From the NCBI GenBank assembly GCA_964304625.1, contig OZ199838.1, positions 13,475,945 through 13,539,944 of the forward strand: DNA of 64,000 nucleotides, given 5' to 3'. Under the pieces are notes generated by a model. That model ran no database searches. It saw only the letters and a list, made by a program, of their open reading frames with translations, and was not told where the DNA came from. Origin of the DNA: Kudoa neothunni (taxonomy: Eukaryota; Animalia; Cnidaria). Both the position numbers and the translations under genes were made by a program. Shown here in pieces: positions 53,530-64,000 of this stretch. Each line of letters begins with the position of its first letter. The stretch's first letter is position 1.

Positions 53530-54097
53530 CGATGCAACCGCCTATACTTTTAAAATAATCCGTTCTAGAAATGTGTTCGAACTCCGAATAATTTTTTCCC
53601 ATTCAAAATAATGAAAATTAGTTTAATCCGTTCCCGCTCCTCAAATAAATGATTATTTTTATTCTTATTTGTAAAAAACAAGCATGCCTTATGTTTTATA
53701 AAAGATAACAAATAAACATTAAATATAATAATAAAAATGAAATGTAGGATGTAACGTTAGCCCCGATCTGGGATTTTAAACTGCGTTATTAGCATTATAA
53801 GGCGGTGGTGCCATACCGCTCTGCTTTCGATCGCGCATAGGTGATTAGTGGATTACATCCTTTGTAATCCACGTGTTACATAGGATAAATATTTTTTAGT
53901 TGTTATACGATAGATTATAATGGGTTCTTTTTCAATGACGTTCGCAAAATTTGAATGAGCGAGTCTTCTTGTAGAATTTCTTTTCTTCCCTGTTTTTTGC
54001 CCCAATTGGATTTGTTCTGGATAAAATTTTGTAAATGTGTTCGAACTCAAAAGTGTTCCTGACTCAAAAATTATGGTCGAATTCCGAGGTTGCATTG
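53530..54097. mobile_element. Degenerate pogo-like MITE
   Basis: TA|CGATGCAACC ... CGAGGTTGCATTG|TA; internal repeat AAATGTGTTCGAACTC at about 53568 and 54033. Confidence 0.45.
53758..53832 (-). repeat. Degenerate tRNA-like sequence (Ile-TAT-like loop); probable SINE head or tRNA pseudogene
   Basis: A-box AGCAGAGCGG, anticodon-loop-like CTTATAATGC and a degraded B-box; stems broken. Confidence 0.35.
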
Positions 54098-54621
54098 TAC
54101 AGTAAAAATAATGTAAAATATGTAAGAAAATAAATCATGAAGTTATATATTATTTTTTTGTGGCTGAGAAATATTTCACCAATAAATAATAATTTTCTTC
54201 ATCAAAAGTTATCGTAACAATAACAAAATAATCGAAAAAATGTGTCCTATGGAGATATGATAATAATAAATCCATTTCAGGGTTTAAGGAGCGCGAATAA
54301 ATATATTAATCTGCAATTTTCATCTCCCAAAATAGTTTTATTATATTATTTAGCTATATTTTATTTACATCTGACCGTATCTATTTCAAAAATAATATTC
54401 AGGTCGCTAACAGTGCAGAAAAATTTGATTTTTTTATAAAAAGATAAAATGTATTCAATGCATCAAGCGTTTTTGTTCCAAAACTATATTTTTATTTTAA
54501 ACATAGAATTACAAATTCTTTTTCATTGGTATAACTTACTTTGTCTCTTTCATAAGCTTAATGTCAATCCAATTCATACTAATATTAATATCAACAAATA
54601 ATTTTTTATGTTGATAACAAG

Positions 54622-57340
54622 TCAGTTTTGGAGGGGAGTGGTTATCGTTTTAAATGCTTTCAACAACAATTGGTCCATGTTGGGTATACGTGCATGTAAA
54701 GTTGTGATTAGGTCTTTGTTGTAATTGCTGAAATAATGTTCAGTAATATTTCCCAAGTCTATCTTAAAAAACAAAATATTTATTTCTCAAAACTCAAATA
54801 TTAGTTTACTTCCGCTCGAGATACCAAAATTCTGCTGATGCTTTCGATATCTTTGTTGTGGGCTGCAGTTATCAATCTATTAACAAAATATTCGACTGGA
54901 GATTCCGCATACTCACCTAGCTTTGTATTAAAAGAGTATTTCCTAAATAACGTCACATATGTCAAGAAACAATTGTTTCAAAGAGCTCAAAAAATGTTTT
55001 TTAATATGTTTAAATATTGAGGGTCGGTTTGTCTAAATTCTTTTTAATACGTTATTTCAAAAATTTTGAAGGCCACTTGAATCAGTTGTAAATTAATGGC
55101 ACGAATAACCTCGAAACTTTCAAAACATAAAATATTTTTGTGGACTTCAAACTTTCGAAGTCCAAGACCTTTACAACTCTGTAATTCAAAAAATTACAGA
55201 ACGCAATCAATTTGAGCCGAGAAAATTGCGTACTGATAGCATATTTTGTAGGTGTCCTTCTATATAGCTTTTATCAGAAATATGAAAGGTCTTCCTTTTT
55301 CCCTTTTTTTAAGAGACACTCGCAAATGAAAAATATAATGTTTAGTAATCTACTTGGAGCAAATCACTCAAAGCCTCACCGTAATTTCCGTAGGTTGTCC
55401 CTCTCACCTCACGTAATAAATTTTTTTTGAATTCTATGTTGGAAATGTATTGTTGATGAATAGTGTAAAAATACCAGCGGAGTATCGCACAATCAGTTCA
55501 TCCATTTGCTAGATTTAATATTATCGACTCATGTCATCTCATCACTAGAGTTACTTTGTTTGATCGTGTAACTGCTAACTCATTGAAACAATTTATATTG
55601 GATTTCTTTTGCATAAAAACAAATTAACCAAGTTAATCCCCACCTAAATTACTTTCAAAGCTTTGTGAAAACAAAATGCATCTAAATGAGTTATGTCCAT
55701 CAACAATAGTTGAAAAAATGTTTTCCGGTGTCCAAACATATTAGTTTTTATATGTTTAATTAATGACTATTTTAGTATTTTCTTCAAATGTATAGAAACC
55801 AAATGCAGACTCACGTCATATTTACGATTATAATGTTCTTTGATGAGCAATCGTTGCTTTAAGGAACGATTTGTCAGTAGATTGCAGATATTCACGTCGT
55901 TAGAACCTAAAATTTCGGTTTGACAATTTATCCTTGTTTCTATCTTACCGAGTGAACTAAATGAATCCTTTAACATGTATGAATCGATATTTGGATCAAA
56001 ATTTTTGTATTCTCTTATGATTGGTTTCTAGTGGAAATTTTTCAGCATTCACAACTTTTTTAGTCAATCATAGATTTACTTGAATGTAACCTATTATTAA
56101 AAAATTATTATTATTTTTATACGGCAAGTATTTAATTATTTAAACTAGATAATCGTGTAATGTTAAAACAAGATATTATTTTATATAATGAGTAATTTAA
56201 AATAATAAATTGGATTCCCAATAACATAATAAATTATAAAACTTTAAGAGTTTTTATATTGAAGTCGCTGCATAATTAGATGCGTAGGTAAATTTAACCT
56301 CATTATAATAGAGAGTTCTCTGCTAGCAAGTCTTGAACTCCTACACGATAGGCCAAGTTTAGGTAGTGAGTGGATTTTAATCTCTCTTGTCAATGTTAAC
56401 ATGTATTACATTTAAAATAAACGTTAAGATCCCGATTTTTCAAAATTAATAATCTATTTGAAAGGGATATAGAGATTTTTTAACGTATAAAAATTTAGGA
56501 CTAACCAACGATGGATTAACACCTTAAATTTAATATTGATAAGTGATGGAATTGTTAAAATAATAATATAATTAACATTCGTAAACTAATTGATTTATTT
56601 TTGCTTTAAATCAATTTCTAGTATAAAATGTTAATGGGTTTCCGTGAGAAAGAATTAGTTAGTTGATGTGTTCTTAGTTTGCATCATAATCGACACAAAA
56701 TATTACCTTGGGATAAAGGAACGATAGTCTGAGGTGATTGAATTTCAGCGAGATTACTGCTAGCTAGAATCTGGCCTTGTATGGCCAAGGTATCCGTTTG
56801 ATGGACGATATTCGTTTGCGCAGATGAATACTGAAGATAAATTTGACTGGTGGGGTTCGTTGGGTATTCAACAAGAGGGTAGTTATCGATGTTATTCGAA
56901 CCATATAACGCATTATTGTTCGAATATATTGTATCAATCATTGAAGATGGAGGCATTGTTAGGTCATTCATGAGAGGTATATGTTCTAACTCCATAGTTT
57001 GAGAATATGCAGGAGGCTGAACAAAATCCATCGAAGAGAAGTCTCCCTTATCGTTTGGTTCTTTATTCGGTGGAAAATTCTAAGTTATAATGTTATGCTG
57101 GAGTTAAGATAGATTTCATTTTTAGATTATAGTTAATATTTCCCTAATAAAAAATGCTCCAAATTAATGTGTAAAGCCGTTAATTATGAAAACTCGTTCC
57201 AGCCACTTCAAGTGTATCATTAAACAATTTCCAATGTCATTATTTTTAATTATTGCAATCAAATAAACAACAATATTGTAGTGAAAACTAGTAGTCAATG
57301 ATAATCGCGCGAGACTTACAGTATTGTTCTGTCTACTCAT
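54622..57340 (-). CDS. Divergent annexin with a long P/Q/Y/N-rich N-terminus (A7/A11-like layout)
   Basis: NFDPNIDSYMLKDSFSSLG, LLTNRSLKQRLLIK, DAFCFHKALK, VTRSN, PVEYFVNRL, RILVSRAE|IDL. First exon MSRQNNT at 57340; 11-nt micro-exon at 56080-56090. Confidence 0.88.
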
Positions 57341-58520
57341 TCCACCATGTAATCTAAGAAATTTATAACAGAATTGGACCTAATCGGATGAAAAAAATCT
57401 GACAAACAGTTATTAATGTAAATAAAATAGAGCCGAATTAGCAGAAAGTTGTTACGAATAAAACAAAGTTATATATTTGAAGTTAGGTTTGTTTGAAACA
57501 TGTTTTTCATTTATAATTTTCTTATAAATAAATTACATTAAATTTGTTAAAGCTTTTAAAAAGTTTAAAAATAATAGGTCTATACATAATCCCCATTAAA
57601 ACCATAATCTTGATTTACTCAGAAATGGGCAATAGTTCAATGTGAGTAGTATTTTTATTTACCAACAGCCAAACTTAAAAAATCTAACAAAAAATGACAC
57701 AATATTTTATTTAATTAATTTTTTTATTGGTCAAAATTTATCTTAAAAAATAAAAATAAACAAAATATAATCTTGTTGACATAGTTTAAGTTGCATTAGA
57801 TCAAATCTTCATCTAAGATTTTTTTATTAGTGCTGCTAAATGACTCTTTGGTGGAAGTTATTTTGATAAATAAGTAAATAATGAATTTATCTAACGAAAT
57901 TTTATTTTTACACAGAATAATCAAATGAATGACGTTACTTGTATAAAGGAGAAAAAAAAATTACATAGCAGGTTAGGATAAGTTGAAATTAATTTATCTC
58001 GAGACTACTTAAGTTAGATGATATCCATCTAGAATCGATCTTCTAACTAGGTTGTTAGATTTGAATATATGAATTAAATAATGCATAATAAGCCCACATA
58101 CAACAAATAATTTGAATCTGAATAATTTCTGAAACTAAAACAATATTTGAGACAAACCATTATCACCCCACGGCTACCTTCGTGAATAATTGTTATTTTT
58201 TACCTAAAGTAGTCGAGTCTAATTCCTTCTCCTTTTTATTTATCATTCAATAATAAAAGATTTTTTTGCAATCATATTCTCGTCATTACAAGTTAGACGT
58301 TAAATAATTGTTCCACAAAATATTAATTATTTAATCTGGTGAATATCATATAAATTTTTGACATACATTTTGTCTTAAATACAATGAAATCCCGATTATC
58401 CACAAAATTTTTAGTGGCGATTTGTTTTCGGACAGCTACTATGAGCGAATAATCTAAAAACTTGTTCGCGCGCGCGTCAGGCGATATTTGTATTCTGGAA
58501 TAAATATATTTCATATTTAA

Positions 58521-61500
58521 CCCTTCCTGTACCAACTACGATAACAGAACGTGGGTGACCAACTGGGGTCACTAACGTACCCCAGCCGAATTACACCTTA
58601 AACTTGTTCAATCTGCTAGAAACTATTTCACCAAAAATAAGAGACACAAATATGATAATTCATGCCCAATAAAATTAGTTTTTATTATTTGACCTATACA
58701 TAAATCATTTTGTTCATGACGAAAACCATTGCACAGACAATGATACAAATGCATCAAAATGTAGCATAAATAGCAAATATTATCAGTTTTATGCCGAAAC
58801 AGGATATATGGAAGACTAATGATCAAAAAATTAAGAATAATTAGAAAAAACAACGACCATCACAGCAATTAAATACTCATCGCTTTTCGGTATAAGTCGG
58901 TGAATCCGTAGCTAATGATGGATCGGTGTGATTGCCGCTTTGATCAAATTTAAGCTATATGAGCGAAGACTTCTATTATCCAATGCTGATCTATATTATT
59001 TCCTAAATTTTAGTAGGCAGATGCTATAGACACAAAATTTAGTCATAAACTGCATGTACGCTTACTCAATATAAATTTTTTATCTCAGCGACTCTTGCTC
59101 ACAAACTTTGTATAGATTTAATCGTTTAAAATCTGCTCTATTTAATTATTCCTGACAGGCAAAAGCGAAGCGATGTGATATAAATAATTAAATATAGCCA
59201 AAATTAGTGACCTCTAAATATTATTTGCCGTGTCAATAGTTACATCAATGGAATAATACACAAAATGGTAATATTTTTAAACAATGAATGACGCAGTGAC
59301 TTCAGTTTGCATTATTTGAGCATCAGTGTTTAAGGCACCAAAAATAATATTCAACATATCTGTCATATTTTTACGTAATTATTTTTAATATTTATTTGTA
59401 CAACAAAATCACTTTCGCCTTGTCATTATTTTATTATTTTTGAAATTCGCAAAATGGTAGCGAAAACAGAAATTAGAATATTTACTTTTATGTAGATATT
59501 TTCCTAATTTTACGAGTCATATTTGGTAAAGTTTCTCAAAGTAGAGAATTATTTTGTAAAAAAATTATTCTTTCCTCTGTAGCGAGGTTAATTTTATTCG
59601 TTTTTTCAACAGGCCGATATTTTTTCTCCCAAATGGCATGACTGTGTATAAATTCAAAAATTGTGAATCCGTTGAGCCTTGGGTAGAATTTATTTATTAT
59701 AATAGACCAAAATTGTATATGTCATAAATGATAATGCATTAGAGATCGTAAAATGAATTACACATTGCACTCAATTACTAGTGAAAATTTGTGTATAATT
59801 TAAATTTATACACTGCAACCATATGCCGAATAAAAAAATATATTAACACGATTTATTCCAAAGAATTGGTACAATCCAAACAATAAATAATATTTCTTTT
59901 TACTCTATGTTTTATGCAAACAAACTTGAAGCAGTTGAAACATCTCAGGCTGGATTTATTATCCTTATTCCGAGGACAAAAATGGCATCTATTTCTCTTT
60001 GATTGCTGAGTGGAATTTGATTCAGACATTGTCAAATCGTCATTATTGGTAGAGATTTCAAAAAATTGGAAACCATACTTTATGTGGGATTGAAGAGTAT
60101 GGGAATTCTCACGACGATATGCTACATTGGGTGTTGCGAATTCTATAGCAAGCTCGCGAAGAAATTTCTGTCGCTTGCTACGATCATTTTTTTTCCAATC
60201 AGAATTTTTTTGGATCCAAATAATATATGCGTTCAACGCAGCCATGTCAATGATTTCCATGAAAATCTTCAGTGGCCATCTACGAGTAGGTCGCGAACAG
60301 GAGTATGACTGGGTCATTTTATCCCCATTATCAACACCACCTTTGGTTTTGTTATAGTGAAGAATCACCGTTGGTCTTTTTCTATATGTGCCTTCTGTTG
60401 AAGAATCATGAAATTCGGTAGACAATATATTGACCGCATAGTTCTTTTTGGGTACATAGGAAGAAAGTGAAAGATGACCAGAAAACCCGAACAGAGAGGA
60501 GAAAACCTCTCGGCGTGGCGATTTTAAAAATTCTTTGGGGATATCGCGTTTATTCGACCTAATTGTCCCTGTCAATGTCAGGTTCTCTTTGAAGAGTTTC
60601 GTGGCTAAAGAAACGGATGTAAAAAAGTTGTCTACGGTCACTCCTCGGCCAGTTCTATAAAATGAAGAGACAAGTCTTGTGACAACATTTTCAGCCTGAT
60701 TTATTTCCCTTGTTCCACCGATCTTCCCAGTATACGGTTGAATGTTTAATAGGTATGACGTTTCTACGTCTGCAGCCACCCAAAGTTTGATCCCGAATCG
60801 TCCGGGCTTGCTCTTCATGTATACCCGAAACGGACATTTACCCCTAAACCTTACTAACCTTTCATCCACTGTAATATGCGTGCCTGGTGAATAATATTTC
60901 AAGCAATTTTCATTAAACAGATCGAAAATTTGGCGGCAAGGTTCGAATTTGTCGTTTGTAATTTGAAACCGATAAATTCTATTTGCTTTATCGTCAAAAC
61001 GGATTTTTCTATAAATATAAGTGAATCTGTTTCTGGACATCACTGTGGGGAAGAATAATTGTTTGAATAATGGACTACCATCCCACATATTCCTATGAGC
61101 AAGCATCTTACCATTTGAACGCTCAGCAGCGATTAATATGCCTATAAATGCTTTTATTTCATTTTTAGTTATTGTCGTGTGTGTCTCTGGGTTAGTTTCT
61201 TCGCAGTACTTGTTGCTGTATTTTACTATCTCATTAATTATATCATCCGACATAAACAATTCAAAGGCATCAAAAATGGACGTTATATTGTTTGCCTCAT
61301 CTAAAATGCCTGAGGATGAAGTAACGATGTTGTGTGATTTAGTTTTCGTTTTCGAACAAATTCTTTTGGACCACTCAAGACCAGACGGGGAAGAAAAAAT
61401 AGAATCATTATTCGGGTTTTCTTGAGCAAATTTAACGTCACTTTGGAAATCTTCATCACTATCTATATCACTAATAACACAATCATCTTCACCGCAATCA

Positions 61501-62042
61501 TCTGATTCAGATATTTCGTATTCTGAGCAACTATCATTATCTACAGAAGAAGAATCCTCAATAAGTTTTTCAACATCATCAATGGTTTGGTCTAGTCTCA
61601 TACTAAATATTACCGATGTCTCAAAAAAAGTTATTTAACAATTGCCACCTCAATATCCACAAGAAATGTTGAGCACGTGGTGTAATCGGATTAATCCTCG
61701 TTAATCCGCGAGGCGGTAATATTTAGAAAGGCGCACCATTTTTTCATATAATAGAACGGATATTATCAAATTTTCGGGGTGATAAAGCTATTTTTGATAT
61801 TTATAAAACAAATATGTAACATTAGAAAACTAATCCGATGCATTAAAAATTAACTCTAGTATTATTTTTGAATCTATTCATTAGATTTAATTATATTGTA
61901 AAAAATATTTTCATCAAAATATCGAAATAATAGTAATTGAGGTATTCTGAAATTTTGAAGACTATCAGAAGCTGATTTTTGGATTTAGAAACAAAATAGA
62001 TAATATGGGGTCACTTAAATACCCCAGTTGGTACCGGAAGGG
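58521..62042 (-). mobile_element. Apparently intact autonomous piggyBac transposon (3522 bp)
   Basis: TTAA TSDs (58517-58520, 62043-62046). 17-bp TIR CCCTTCC(T/G)GTACCAACT with one mismatch. 19-bp subterminal repeats at 58565 and 62007 with asymmetric spacers. Confidence 0.97.
59853..61601 (-). CDS. piggyBac transposase, 582 aa, uninterrupted
   Basis: Acidic N-terminus; DDD triad in TVDERL, TVDNFFTS and GGVDNGD; C-terminal Cys-rich domain RCHFC...CFNC...VCIKH...CLDC. Confidence 0.98.
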   Translation of the reverse strand: MRLDQTIDDVEKLIEDSSSVDNDSCSEYEISESDDCGEDDCVISDIDSDEDFQSDVKFAQENPNNDSIFSSPSGLEWSKRICSKTKTKSHNIVTSSSGILDEANNITSIFDAFELFMSDDIINEIVKYSNKYCEETNPETHTTITKNEIKAFIGILIAAERSNGKMLAHRNMWDGSPLFKQLFFPTVMSRNRFTYIYRKIRFDDKANRIYRFQITNDKFEPCRQIFDLFNENCLKYYSPGTHITVDERLVRFRGKCPFRVYMKSKPGRFGIKLWVAADVETSYLLNIQPYTGKIGGTREINQAENVVTRLVSSFYRTGRGVTVDNFFTSVSLATKLFKENLTLTGTIRSNKRDIPKEFLKSPRREVFSSLFGFSGHLSLSSYVPKKNYAVNILSTEFHDSSTEGTYRKRPTVILHYNKTKGGVDNGDKMTQSYSCSRPTRRWPLKIFMEIIDMAALNAYIIWIQKNSDWKKNDRSKRQKFLRELAIEFATPNVAYRRENSHTLQSHIKYGFQFFEISTNNDDLTMSESNSTQQSKRNRCHFCPRNKDNKSSLRCFNCFKFVCIKHRVKRNIIYCLDCTNSLE

Positions 62043-64000
62043 TTAATAACCTATTTTTTATTAATTTATGTTAAACAATACAATTTATACCATTTTAAAT
62101 TCAATAAATAGGCCCACATGTAAATTAATATTTCAGGAAATTGGTGAGAAAGCGGTAGATCGGGGCTTCCCATTGGGGACACAATTACTAGGGGCTGGAG
62201 ACTCATACCTTGAGTCAACTGAAAAATTGTACGACCGAGCATGTTTCCTACCAAGTGCACCGCTTTTACGTAATAGGAATCTCTCTCAAAAGTAAATTAT
62301 GTGCGATTCGTGCATTAGCAAGGCTGAAATAAGTCTGGTAAACAATGGTCATTTTTTGAATTTTAGTAAAAATTATTTTGCATTTAAAATATATCATTTT
62401 CTATTTAATAATGTAGAATGTATAAAACTACATTAATAATTTATTTCTTCTTTATTCACATATAAATTATCAAATAAAAACTATGAAACGCTCGTATCGT
62501 TTTGTAAAAAACAAATAAACTATAAAACGTTTTTAGATAAGTTGAAACCTTAAAAATTCTATTATTCGTTTTTTGCGTGAACAATAAGTTGAACAAGAAT
62601 TAAAGATAATGGTAAAGTATGTGACTCCAGAAAAACACCATCTTGCATCCGGGTTTTCTCGTTTTTTCTTTACGATTATTGTTGGATATATATATTCTTT
62701 TATATTTGACTTATGCTCGATATTAATCGTTTTGTGTCGTGTCTTGCAAAAGTGTTTCTATGGCGCTAACCAGGATGAGTGCGAAACAGGATACAGCGGG
62801 AGACTCAATGAATGAGGGAGCCGAGACAACAATTATCAATAATAAATCAAAAGAATACTGACTAAAAATATTTAGCTCAAATAAGTTACTTCTAAATTTT
62901 TGCCAAATTCCCATTCGACTACAATCGGATACACGTGTAATCCACATCGTTCTGCAATAAACACGAAAAATAGCTCATTATTTTCTTATTTCGCAAATTG
63001 TCCAACATTTCTATATCATATTATTTTTAATAAAATCGATATTAAATTTTTCTGTGTTTATTTATCAAGTGTAAATCGCGATAATGGAGCTTTTAAGTTT
63101 AGAAGGGACGATGATTTTTTCTGTTTAATTGATGGTCATGATAGGTTATTTTACAAATTAGTAACAACATATTACCTTATAGTTGCTACATAAAGATGTT
63201 TTAATTGTTGGAATTTTGAAACCTTTACTTTAAAAAAGAGAAAATTAAATGTAAGGAGACCAATGACGGAAACATCATGCCATAGGAGAAATCCAGTTGA
63301 GTATGCCTTCACTTACAGCTATAAAAATTACTTATCTTCTACGGAATAACGACTTAAGGTAGTTAAGGTGTAAAGCTAGTGTTTCCCTTGAAACGGTACT
63401 TTTTTCTCCAGCATGGTTTCCGTCAGTTTAACAAACAAATAAACGATAATAACATATAGATTCATTTAGAAAATGCTAGATTAAATCTTCATAAAACTGG
63501 CCATACGCCCAATACATTGTATAACACTTCGGCTGCGCGTTAACAGCGTGGTAGTTGTTGCAAAGAATGATTTTGGCGTAACATACAGATTAAAATTATA
63601 AATTATTTCATTTTAAAGCTCAATTATGCACTATAACAATAACGAAACATTATTTTATTAAAACAAATATTTTTGTCCCAATAAATTACATTTGTAACGT
63701 ATATTAATTGTACACTTTGTGTCGTATTTAAAAAATAAATAGATAAATATACGATTTATTATTTGCACAAGTTCTAAATTTTAATATCTTGAGATAAATA
63801 AAATACGTATTGAAATATTTTTAATTAATGCCTTTCTTTGATTTTATAACCAGAAATGTCAATGTATGATTGATATTATTATTGTTGTTAGTTTCAATTT
63901 CGTAAGTAATTGACGTATAAAAATTATTTCACTAATAATAATGTACTAACAATAATTTATAAACGAAAATATACAATTATAAACGTTACTAAATGGTTTA

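Noticed and set aside
62600-63450. Possible small multi-exon gene at the window end
   Set aside because: Some splice-like signals and GC-richer blocks, but no consistent frame or recognisable homology on either strand.

Overview
AT-rich eukaryotic, probably animal, nuclear DNA in the standard genetic code, with mostly tiny GT-AG introns (about 41-55 nt). Gene style suggests a reduced, fast-evolving parasite such as a myxozoan; this is inference only. Recognisable host genes: GCN1 (-, continues past the window start), RFC3 (+), HSPBP1/Fes1 (-), an unidentified multi-exon gene (+), a ZIP8/14-type SLC39 metal transporter (-), a Myt1 kinase (-) and a divergent annexin (-). Much of the rest is DNA transposons: at least seven piggyBac-like elements or ends, including one apparently intact 3.5-kb element and a fold-back element with perfect 352-bp arms, plus hAT elements, Tc1/IS630-like and pogo-like elements and a Helitron, often nested. 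The main hidden feature is largely invisible in the ORF track: a stop-riddled homolog of the sperm-flagellar voltage-gated Na+/H+ exchanger (SLC9C/sNHE; NHE, voltage-sensor and cyclic-nucleotide-binding domains in order) on the + strand, interleaved with GCN1 so that each gene has exons inside the other's large introns. All homology calls are by eye from remembered family motifs; no searches were run.
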